From contig JAUMWX010000004.1 of assembly GCA_030529425.1 (NCBI GenBank), positions 78,629 to 142,628 on the forward strand: a stretch of 64,000 bases of DNA, written 5' to 3'. Positions 57,016-64,000 of the stretch are shown piece after piece. Numbering within the stretch: position 1 is the first letter of the stretch; each line of letters opens with the position of its first letter. The notes under the pieces are model-generated. The model saw nothing but the letters and a program-made list of their open reading frames with translations. It was not told where the DNA came from and did no database searches. A program made the translations under genes and the position numbers. The stretch comes from Tissierellia bacterium (lineage in GTDB: Bacteria > Bacillota > Clostridia > Tissierellales > Peptoniphilaceae).

Positions 57016-57864
57016 TTATATGTTATCAACAGTTTCAAGAGTTATCCTTCCAAGTCTTAATTTTCTAAAATCATCAAATATTATATTTGAGACCTTAAAA
57101 TAATCTACCTCTCTCCCTCTTAGTATTGAACCTGTCTTATATGCGATATTGTCCATTATCGAAACAGTTTCCTCTTCGGCATTGATGCCATATCTTTCTT
57201 CCAAAGCTTTCGGATAAATTTGCTTGATAGTATTTAAAAAATCAAAACACAAATCTTCAATATTGAGTGTTTCGTCCTTGATTGCTCCCGTAAATGCCAA
57301 AGCTTTTCCGCCATCAGGAGTGTCCAATTTCGGCCATAAAACACCGGGAGTATCCAATAAAAGAAGATTTGAATCCGTATTGATCCATTGGTTTTGTTTC
57401 GTAACCCCCGGCTTATTTCCAACCTTTGTTCCCTTTCGCTTGGATATATTGTTTATGAAAGTTGATTTTCCGACATTGGGTATTCCGACTACCATCATCT
57501 TGATTGTGTCATTTATGATTCCTCTTTCTTTGTCGCGTTCAAACTTGTCCTTAAGAATTTCCCTAGCTAACGAATAAAGTTTACCCGTCTTTTTATCTTT
57601 TAGAGCATTGAATTCAATAACTTCAATATTTTGAGACTTAAAGTATTCAATCCACTTTTTCGTTTGTAACGGATTCGCCATGTCGGTTTTATTAAACAAA
57701 ATAATTCTCGGGAAATCTCCGATTATATCGTTTAATACCGGATTTCTACTGCTTATCGGAATCCTAGAATCTACAATTTCACAGACAATATCGACCGCCT
57801 TAAGACTTTCTCTAATTCTGTCCAAGGATTTTTTCATGTGCCCCGGATACCAATTTATATTCAT
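57016..57864 (-). CDS. rbgA: Ribosome biogenesis GTPase A (RbgA/YlqF).
   Basis: Circularly permuted GTPase: NWYPGHM, G4 motif FNKTDM before G1 GIPNVGKST. Start placed at M8 with a GAGGTGA SD. Confidence 0.85.
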   Translation of the reverse strand: MNINWYPGHMKKSLDRIRESLKAVDIVCEIVDSRIPISSRNPVLNDIIGDFPRIILFNKTDMANPLQTKKWIEYFKSQNIEVIEFNALKDKKTGKLYSLAREILKDKFERDKERGIINDTIKMMVVGIPNVGKSTFINNISKRKGTKVGNKPGVTKQNQWINTDSNLLLLDTPGVLWPKLDTPDGGKALAFTGAIKDETLNIEDLCFDFLNTIKQIYPKALEERYGINAEEETVSIMDNIAYKTGSILRGREVDYFKVSNIIFDDFRKLRLGRITLETVDNI

Positions 57865-57929
57865 ATTCACCTCAATTAAATCCACCGGTATTCCGATGAT
57901 TTTTTGCTCCCCAATTAATTTGACAATTT

Positions 57930-57972
57930 TTTATATATAAAAAACACAATTCATAAAGCAAGAATTGTGTTT
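57930..57972 (-). terminator. Rho-independent terminator of rplS (AACACAATTC/GAATTGTGTT stem).
   Basis: 10-bp perfect stem with a 9-nt loop, directly after the rplS stop. T-run on the minus strand (TTTTTTATATAT). Confidence 0.65.
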
Positions 57973-57980
57973 TAAACATA

Positions 57981-58328
57981 TTAATAATCTGTTTTTTCCC
58001 TAACTTTAGCAGCCTTACCTACTCTGCCTCTTAAGTAGAATAATCTTGCTCTTCTAACTTTACCTTTTTTAGTAACAGTTACATCTTCAACTCTTGGTGA
58101 GTGAAGCAAAAATGTTCTTTCAACACCTACACCGTAGCTTAATCTTCTCACAGTGAAAGCTTTTCTTACTCCTTCACCCTGAATCTTAATTACAGTTCCT
58201 TCAAACATTTGGATTCTTTCCCTGTTACCTTCTTTAATTCTATAAGCAACTTTTACGCTGTCCCCAACATTCATGCCAGGAACATTTTCTTTATATTGTT
58301 CTTTTTCAATTTGTCTAATGATATCCAT
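57981..58328 (-). CDS. rplS: 50S ribosomal protein L19.
   Basis: 115 aa. [30 protein letters not shown] matches L19. Confidence 0.95.
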   Translation of the reverse strand: MDIIRQIEKEQYKENVPGMNVGDSVKVAYRIKEGNRERIQMFEGTVIKIQGEGVRKAFTVRRLSYGVGVERTFLLHSPRVEDVTVTKKGKVRRARLFYLRGRVGKAAKVREKTDY

Positions 58329-58344
58329 TTTATCCTCCTGAGTA

Positions 58345-59034
58345 TTACTCTAAAGACTTTATATATTTTTCATATAAGTCCGGTCTTTTTTCTTTAGTAT
58401 TTTTTATACTACTTTCTTTTTTCCAATTTTCTATTAACTTATGATTTCCGGAAAATAATACTTCGGGTACTTCTAAACCTCTAAATTCTCTCGGTCTTGT
58501 ATAATGATTATGTTGAAGCAATATATTGTAATGAGAATCCGTTGTATATGATTCTTGATTCCCAAGTACATTGTCTACCAACCTTCCAATTGAATCGATT
58601 AATACCATGGCCGGAATTTCTCCACCGGTCAATACATAATCTCCAATCGAGATTTCCATATCCACATAATTTTCAGTAACCCTTGAATCAATGCCCTCAT
58701 AATGACCGCATAACAAGATTAAATGCTCTTGTTTTGCCAATTCATTTGCAATCTTTTGATTGAAAATCTGTCCTTGAGGACTGAGAAAAATCACCTTCGA
58801 ATTTTCCTTTTTTACGCTTTCTATACAATCAACAACAGGTTGTGGAGTCATCAGCATTCCTGCTTCTCCTCCGTATACCTCATCATCAACTTTTTTATGT
58901 TTGTTTTGAGAAAAATCTCTGATGTTGACAGTCTCAATCTCCAATATCTTTTTTTCTAAAGCCTTACCGATAACACCATAAGATCTAATATACTCAAAAG
59001 CTTCTGGAAATAATGTCAATACATCAATCTTCAT
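58345..59034 (-). CDS. trmD: tRNA (guanine37-N1)-methyltransferase.
   Basis: [11 protein letters not shown] ... SPQGQIFNQ ... [13 protein letters not shown] are TrmD SPOUT-knot motifs. Confidence 0.9.
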   Translation of the reverse strand: MKIDVLTLFPEAFEYIRSYGVIGKALEKKILEIETVNIRDFSQNKHKKVDDEVYGGEAGMLMTPQPVVDCIESVKKENSKVIFLSPQGQIFNQKIANELAKQEHLILLCGHYEGIDSRVTENYVDMEISIGDYVLTGGEIPAMVLIDSIGRLVDNVLGNQESYTTDSHYNILLQHNHYTRPREFRGLEVPEVLFSGNHKLIENWKKESSIKNTKEKRPDLYEKYIKSLE

Positions 59035-59534
59035 TACATACCCTCGATTAATTTTACTTTCATCTTTTTATTCTTGATGTCTACATTTAAGATGAATTCT
59101 TTAACTGCCGGTATAGATAAATTACCGTCTTTACCTTCTACAATATAGACATCGTTAGCTGAATATGAAAGCACATCTACTAATTTACCGATAAAAATTT
59201 CATCTTCATCGTACACATTCATACCTATGAGGTCATGAATATAGTAGGTTGATTCTTCCAATTCATCAAGATTTGATTTGTCAACATAAATATATTGAGA
59301 CTTGAATTCAAGTATTTGATTTATATTGTCATATTCTCTGAATTTAACAAATGCTATATCACCGGAAATTCTTGATCTTTCAATACTGACGCGATTCAAT
59401 TTATTTCCTATATAATAAGGAATATCCTTGTTGAATAACTCCTCACCGGTTCTTTGAATTTTTACTTCCCCTTTAATACCATGGGAATTAGTTATCTTAC
59501 CAACAATTATTTTTTCCATGTTATTTTGATTCAA
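59034..59534 (-). CDS. rimM: 16S rRNA processing protein RimM.
   Basis: VGKITNSHGIKGEVKI N-terminus and PRC-barrel C-terminus. Overlaps trmD. Confidence 0.85.
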   Translation of the reverse strand: MNQNNMEKIIVGKITNSHGIKGEVKIQRTGEELFNKDIPYYIGNKLNRVSIERSRISGDIAFVKFREYDNINQILEFKSQYIYVDKSNLDELEESTYYIHDLIGMNVYDEDEIFIGKLVDVLSYSANDVYIVEGKDGNLSIPAVKEFILNVDIKNKKMKVKLIEGM

Positions 59535-59754
59535 TCTCTAAGTTAACTTTCTTTTCTTCCTTGATTGCACAAGCTTTTATAATTGATCTTATTGAATTGG
59601 CAATTCTTCCTTGTTTTCCTATTACTTTTCCCATGTCTTCAGAATTTACAATCAACTTTAAATCGACAACTCCATTTGAAGAAAACTCTGTAACTTCAAC
59701 ATCGTTCGGAAAATTCACTAAAGATTTAGCGATAAATTCAACTATTTCTTTCAT
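59521..59754 (-). CDS. KH-domain RNA-binding protein (YlqC/UPF0109).
   Basis: 77 aa with a KH GxxG loop IGKQGRIANSIRSI. Conserved position between rpsP and rimM. Confidence 0.75.
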   Translation of the reverse strand: MKEIVEFIAKSLVNFPNDVEVTEFSSNGVVDLKLIVNSEDMGKVIGKQGRIANSIRSIIKACAIKEEKKVNLEIESK

Positions 59755-59767
59755 CTTAAATACCTAA

Positions 59768-60214
59768 TTATTCAGCTGATTCTTCAACAGGCGCTTCTTC
59801 TGTCGCTTCTTTTGCAGCGGCTTCAGCTGCAGCAGCTTCTTCGGCAGCTTTTGCTTCTTCAGCTTTTTTCCTTTCAGCAGCTTCCTGTTTTTTCTTTTCA
59901 ATATGTTCCAATTTTGCCTTTTTAGCCAATATAGCCTTAAGGCTCTTTTCAGCTTTAAGAACTTCTTTAGTTTCAAGAATATCAAAAGTCTTCAACAACT
60001 TAGCTACAGTTTCCGTAGGTTTCGCACCTTTTTTGATCCATTCATTCAACTTTTCTTCATCAATTTTAAATACTTTTGGAGTAACTACAGGATTGTAGTA
60101 TCCCAATTCTTCAATAAATCTTCCGTCTCTTGGAGCTCTAACATCGGATACAACGATTCTGTAGAAAGGTTTTTTCTTAGCTCCTAATCTTTTCATTCTA
60201 ATTTTTACTGCCAT
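59768..60214 (-). CDS. rpsP: 30S ribosomal protein S16 with a C-terminal Lys/Ala/Glu-rich extension.
   Basis: [42 protein letters not shown] is the S16 core. An extra roughly 60-aa low-complexity tail follows ([35 protein letters not shown]...). Confidence 0.9.
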   Translation of the reverse strand: MAVKIRMKRLGAKKKPFYRIVVSDVRAPRDGRFIEELGYYNPVVTPKVFKIDEEKLNEWIKKGAKPTETVAKLLKTFDILETKEVLKAEKSLKAILAKKAKLEHIEKKKQEAAERKKAEEAKAAEEAAAAEAAAKEATEEAPVEESAE

Positions 60215-60233
60215 ATTTTTCCTCCATTATTTT

Positions 60234-61568
60234 CTAAAAGAAAGGAAATTTAAATTTCCCTTTTTTCATTTTGTTTTTATCTAAACCACCCAATTGTTTC
60301 ATGAGTTTTTTAGTATCTTTGAATTGTTTTAATAATTTGTTTACATCAACTACAGTTGTACCTGAGCCGTTAGCAATTCTCTGTTTCCTTGTGCTGTTGA
60401 TAATATCAGGTTTTTCTCTTTCTTCCATGGTCATTGAAAGAATTATAGCTTCAATTTTGTCAACGCTCTTAGGATCAAAATTCATGCCCTTTAGAGCTTT
60501 ATTGTTTATGCCGGGGAGCATTGCCAATAAGTCCTCCAATGGTCCCATATTTCTCATTTGACTTATTTGCCCCAAGAAATCATTCAAATTGAAACTTGCA
60601 TCTCTCAACTTCTTTTCCAACTCCGCAGCTTTCTTTTTATCAATAGCTTGCTCAGCTTTTTCAATCAGTGAAAGAACATCACCCATACCTAATATTCTTG
60701 AAGATATTCTATCGGGATGAAATTGCTCCAAATCATTCATTTTCTCCCCAACCCCAATAAATTTTATCGGTTTTCGGGTTACCGCTCTTATGGATAATGC
60801 AGCTCCGCCCCTGGCATCTCCATCCAACTTGCTCAGTATAACTCCGGTTATATCAAGCTTTTCATTAAATGTTGTTGCGACATTTACGGCATCCTGTCCC
60901 GTCATGGCATCAACCACCAATAAGGTTTCGGTTATAGGAAGCTCCGCCTTTATTGCCTTTAATTCATCCATTAACTCTTCATCTATATGAAGACGCCCCG
61001 CCGTATCTATCAAGACAATGTCATGATTGTTTTTAACGGCATGATCCACGCCTTGCTTGGCAATTTCAACAGGATTTATTTTTCCTAATGAAAATACCGG
61101 AACATCTACTTGTTTTCCGACAACTTTTAACTGTTCAATTGCTGCGGGTCTGTAGATATCCGCGGCCACAAGAAGCGGTCTTTTATTCTGTTTCTTAAGA
61201 AACAGTGCCAATTTTCCGGTGTGTGTAGTTTTTCCAGCTCCTTGCAAACCGCACATCATTATTATTGTGGGTGGCTTGGATGCAATAGTTAATTTTTGAG
61301 AATCATCACTCATCAGTGAAATCAACTCTTCATTTACTATTTTAACTACCATTTGTCCCGGTGTTAAACTCTCCATTACTTCTGCACCTAGTGCTCTGTC
61401 TTTAACGGATTTAACAAAGTCTTTTACAACTTTATAATTAACATCGGCTTCCAGCAATGCCAATCTGATTTCACGCATAGCTTGATCAATATCTTTTTCA
61501 GAAAGTTTTCCCTTCCCTCTAAGATTTGCCATCAGGTTTTGTAGTCTATCAGCTAAATTTCCAAACAT
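60234..61568 (-). CDS. ffh: Signal recognition particle protein Ffh.
   Basis: NG domain GLQGAGKTT and DTAGR. M domain methionine-rich C-terminus. Confidence 0.95.
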   Translation of the reverse strand: MFGNLADRLQNLMANLRGKGKLSEKDIDQAMREIRLALLEADVNYKVVKDFVKSVKDRALGAEVMESLTPGQMVVKIVNEELISLMSDDSQKLTIASKPPTIIMMCGLQGAGKTTHTGKLALFLKKQNKRPLLVAADIYRPAAIEQLKVVGKQVDVPVFSLGKINPVEIAKQGVDHAVKNNHDIVLIDTAGRLHIDEELMDELKAIKAELPITETLLVVDAMTGQDAVNVATTFNEKLDITGVILSKLDGDARGGAALSIRAVTRKPIKFIGVGEKMNDLEQFHPDRISSRILGMGDVLSLIEKAEQAIDKKKAAELEKKLRDASFNLNDFLGQISQMRNMGPLEDLLAMLPGINNKALKGMNFDPKSVDKIEAIILSMTMEEREKPDIINSTRKQRIANGSGTTVVDVNKLLKQFKDTKKLMKQLGGLDKNKMKKGKFKFPFF

Positions 61569-61578
61569 TTTTCACTTC

Positions 61579-61917
61579 CTAATTTAGTTTTCCAAATATC
61601 TCATTAATATCTGATTCATATTTTTTGTATTCATCGCTACTCATATTTTTTTTGAGATTATTATCCAGATTTTCAAGCAAAATTTGTAAATCGGAAATCT
61701 TTTTGTAAAGTCCTAAATTTTGCTCAAATTCTAGTAGGGATTTTTCCGATCTCTTTATTGTCTCAGAAACGCTCTGCTTGGAAACTCCTTGAATTTCAGC
61801 GATTTCAGTCAATGAAAGATCTTCAAAATAATACTGTTCAATAGCCTCTGACTGTTTACTTGTTAATAACTCTCCATAGTATTCGTATAAAATACCAATC
61901 ATTACATTTTTTTCCAT
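61579..61917 (-). CDS. ylxM: YlxM/UPF0122 putative DNA-binding protein, SRP operon.
   Basis: 112 aa sigma-70 region-4-like HTH (LTEIAEIQGVSKQSVSETIKR). Immediately upstream of ffh. Confidence 0.8.
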   Translation of the reverse strand: MEKNVMIGILYEYYGELLTSKQSEAIEQYYFEDLSLTEIAEIQGVSKQSVSETIKRSEKSLLEFEQNLGLYKKISDLQILLENLDNNLKKNMSSDEYKKYESDINEIFGKLN

Positions 61918-61954
61918 TTACACCTACCTGTCAAGTTATAACATTGACAGGTAT

Positions 61955-61984
61955 ATATTACTAGAGTTTCTGCTCTTTGTCAAC
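61955..61984 (-). promoter_or_regulatory. Consensus sigma-A promoter of ylxM-ffh (TTGACA-17-TAATAT on the minus strand).
   Basis: Read from sequence. It is flanked or overlapped by the inverted repeats ACCTGTCAA-N9-TTGACAGGT (about 61926-61952) and GTCAAC-N7-GTTGAC (about 61979-62000). Confidence 0.5.
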
Positions 61985-62079
61985 TTTTTTTGTTGACACC
62001 TGTTTTTTTATCTATTCGCCAAAATTTTGGGTAAGATTTAATAAATTGAAAAGCAGCCGTTTCATTACAGCTGCTCATT

Positions 62080-63480
62080 TTATCTGAATATTGTTTTTAA
62101 CTCAATATATTCCTCAAGACCGTAAATTCCACCTTCACGCCCAAGACCGGATTGTTTAAATCCCCCGAAAGGAGCATTATGTGTCCACTTCCCGTCATTG
62201 ATGACCATCTGACCGGCATCAATAGACTTCGCTACTTCAAGTGCTTCCTCTTCAGGCCCGAAAACCATGCCGTATAACCCATACACGGTGTCATTTGCAA
62301 TCTCTATAGCTTCTTCGACATTTTCATAATATATTATGCAAAGTACGGGACCGAATATTTCCTCCTGAGCTATTTTGGCATCATTTTTAACATCCGTAAA
62401 AACTACAGGCGGAACAAAGTATCCGTTTTCTTTCAACCATTCTCCTTCAAATAATAATTTAGATTCTTTTTTTCCGGTTTCAATATATTGTAAAACTTTA
62501 TCGTAGGCTTTCTTTGATTGAAGCGGTCCAAAATGATTTTCTTTGTTAGTCGGATCCCCATATTTAAACTTTTTGCTATGTTTTACCACCAGGTCTTCTA
62601 TCGAATCTTTTAATTTTTTCGGTACCAAAAGTCTGGTAGTTGAAGAACAAGCCTGACCTGCATTTGGAAAAACTTCAAACAATGTCTTCTTAACCGCACT
62701 TTCATAATCCGCACCTTCCAAAATTATTGAAGCCGACTTTCCTCCAAGTTCCAATGATAATCTCTTTATCCCTTCAATCGCAATTTTTGAAACTTCTTTG
62801 CCTCCCGATGTAGATCCGGTAAACGAAATCATATTTATATCTTTATGTCTTGCCAATATATTTCCAACTTCCGCCCCTCTGCCGGTTACAATCTGCAACA
62901 CTCCCCCCGGAAGTTTTGCATGTTCAGCCGCATAAGCAAAATAAAAAGCTGTAAAAGGTGTGTTCTGAGACGGCTTAAGAACCACGGTATTCCCCATAAG
63001 TAATGCGGGTATAACTTTTTTTACGATTTGTCCGAAAGGAAAATTCCAAGGAGTTAGACAAGCTACAACTCCAACAGGCTCTTTGTACACATCATAGTTT
63101 TTAAAATTATCTACAAATTTCATATCTTTCGCAAGTCTTATGAAATCTTCGATATTCTCAAAATAAGAGGTTACATGCAATGGCTTGGTAACCTTACCTG
63201 CGGAACCGAGCTCCAACAATACCGTATTGCTGATATCATCGGCATTTTGCTTAAAATATTCAAGCATTTTTTCAATGTACTCTATACGGTCTTCCACTTT
63301 TTTATTTTTCCACATCTTCAGAGATTTTTTAGCTCCCTGAACTGCCATATTTACATCCTCTTCGTTGGCGGCAGCAACTCTTCCGATTATTTCTTTTGTT
63401 GCTGGATTTTCGACTTCAATTAATTCCATGGACTTTGAGTCAATCCATTCGCCATTAATGTATAATTTGTTTTTTTTCAT
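62080..63480 (-). CDS. NAD(P)+-dependent aldehyde dehydrogenase.
   Basis: ELGGKSASII (ELGGKS motif), catalytic Cys region NAGQACSSTTRLLV and an ISFTGSTSGGKEV Rossmann motif. Confidence 0.85.
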   Translation of the reverse strand: MKKNKLYINGEWIDSKSMELIEVENPATKEIIGRVAAANEEDVNMAVQGAKKSLKMWKNKKVEDRIEYIEKMLEYFKQNADDISNTVLLELGSAGKVTKPLHVTSYFENIEDFIRLAKDMKFVDNFKNYDVYKEPVGVVACLTPWNFPFGQIVKKVIPALLMGNTVVLKPSQNTPFTAFYFAYAAEHAKLPGGVLQIVTGRGAEVGNILARHKDINMISFTGSTSGGKEVSKIAIEGIKRLSLELGGKSASIILEGADYESAVKKTLFEVFPNAGQACSSTTRLLVPKKLKDSIEDLVVKHSKKFKYGDPTNKENHFGPLQSKKAYDKVLQYIETGKKESKLLFEGEWLKENGYFVPPVVFTDVKNDAKIAQEEIFGPVLCIIYYENVEEAIEIANDTVYGLYGMVFGPEEEALEVAKSIDAGQMVINDGKWTHNAPFGGFKQSGLGREGGIYGLEEYIELKTIFR

Positions 63481-63481
63481 A

Positions 63482-63982
63482 TTATCTGTAATCTTTTAAT
63501 TTTCTATAGTATATTTCGGCATTTTCTCTAATCATTTCAATTTCAGCTTCAGTTGTCTGTCTTACTATTTTGGCAGGATTTCCAACTACAAGAGAATTAT
63601 CCGGAATTTCCTTTCCCGGAGGTACAACGGCACCTGCGCCGATTATACAATTATCTCCCACTTTTGCCCCGTCAAGAATTATGGATCCCATGCCGATTAT
63701 CGTGTTATTACCTATCGTACAAGCATGTACGATTGCCCCGTGACCCAAGGTTACATAATCTCCGATAGTACAATTGTCAACTAAATTTACATGAATAACA
63801 ACGCTGTCCTGAACATTCGTATGTTTTCCTATCACAATCGGCTGATCATCTCCTCTTACGGTTGCACTAAACCAAACTCCAACTCCTTCACCAAGTGTTA
63901 CATCTCCTACAACCATTGCATTTTCAGCTACCCATGTATCTTCGTGCATAGTCGGTTTTTTTCCTAAGTAATCTCTTATCAT
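63482..63982 (-). CDS. Gamma-class carbonic anhydrase / hexapeptide-repeat (YrdA/PaaY-like) protein.
   Basis: Left-handed beta-helix hexapeptide repeats with His ligands (IHVNL ... LGHGAIVHACTIG). 166 aa. 1-bp gap to the ALDH gene. Confidence 0.75.
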   Translation of the reverse strand: MIRDYLGKKPTMHEDTWVAENAMVVGDVTLGEGVGVWFSATVRGDDQPIVIGKHTNVQDSVVIHVNLVDNCTIGDYVTLGHGAIVHACTIGNNTIIGMGSIILDGAKVGDNCIIGAGAVVPPGKEIPDNSLVVGNPAKIVRQTTEAEIEMIRENAEIYYRKLKDYR

Positions 63983-64000
63983 TTTTCTTCTCCTTATTTT

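Noticed and set aside
59764-59985. 73-aa K/L-rich ORF overlapping the rpsP 3' region.
   Set aside because: It is an alternative frame of the GC/AAG-repeat region encoding the S16 tail, with no independent signals.
1-64000. CRISPR arrays, transposases, integrases or prophage genes.
   Set aside because: I found no regularly spaced direct repeats beyond the single LytTR-type pair and the intragenic Cna-B repeats, and no recombinase or transposase-like ORF in any frame.

Overview
This 64 kb window is low-GC (roughly 30%) Firmicutes chromosome, most likely an anaerobic Clostridia or Tissierellia organism, and it is densely coding. About 60 of roughly 66 genes lie on the minus strand. I found no transposase, integrase, CRISPR array or rRNA gene. 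CDS coordinates come from the supplied ORF track; where a start was re-chosen it was computed from amino-acid position plus SD evidence. Non-CDS coordinates were read by eye and may be off by a few bases.

Gene content from start to end:
- A glycogen operon on the minus strand: a CBS-domain family II pyrophosphatase, then glgB, glgC, glgD, glgA, a divergent GT35 GlgP homolog and a type I pullulanase cut by the window edge.
- A thioredoxin-like [2Fe-2S] ferredoxin plus a short [FeFe]-hydrogenase-like protein.
- A DUF2089-HTH operon with three small membrane proteins.
- An EamA-like transporter, a GH29 alpha-L-fucosidase and a PadR/DUF1700/DUF4097 cassette.
- An MmcQ/YjbR protein next to a disrupted HEPN-like gene.
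- atoD, atoA and atoE (CoA-transferase plus short-chain fatty acid transporter) and a cyclophilin lipoprotein.
- A Y-family DNA polymerase divergently paired with an XRE repressor and an ImmA/IrrE metalloprotease.
- A DagK-family lipid kinase.
- Two ABC exporter half-transporter genes preceded by a 21-bp-periodic direct repeat, a LytTR response regulator and a transmembrane-less HPK10 kinase.
- tRNA-Cys.
- cdaA, cdaR, gltX, cysS, rlmB and yacP in one run, then rubrerythrin.
- An 874-aa Cna-B-repeat cell-wall protein.
- zur divergent from znuA, znuC and znuB.
- A LacI-family regulator, ptsH, ptsI and a tightly coupled unknown gene.
- topA, dprA, yraN, rnhB, rbgA, rplS, trmD, rimM, a KH-domain protein, rpsP, ffh, ylxM, an aldehyde dehydrogenase and a gamma-carbonic anhydrase.

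The most interesting signals:
- The GlgP homolog appears to have lost the PLP Schiff-base lysine.
- A CBS-regulated pyrophosphatase is embedded in the glycogen operon.
- The XRE/ImmA/polymerase module has a dense cluster of palindromes in its divergent promoter.
- A soluble LytTR-type kinase sits with direct-repeat-controlled ABC exporters.
- A decayed HEPN gene.
- A DUF2089 membrane operon with a perfect 13-bp inverted repeat.
- An uncharacterised gene translationally coupled to ptsI.
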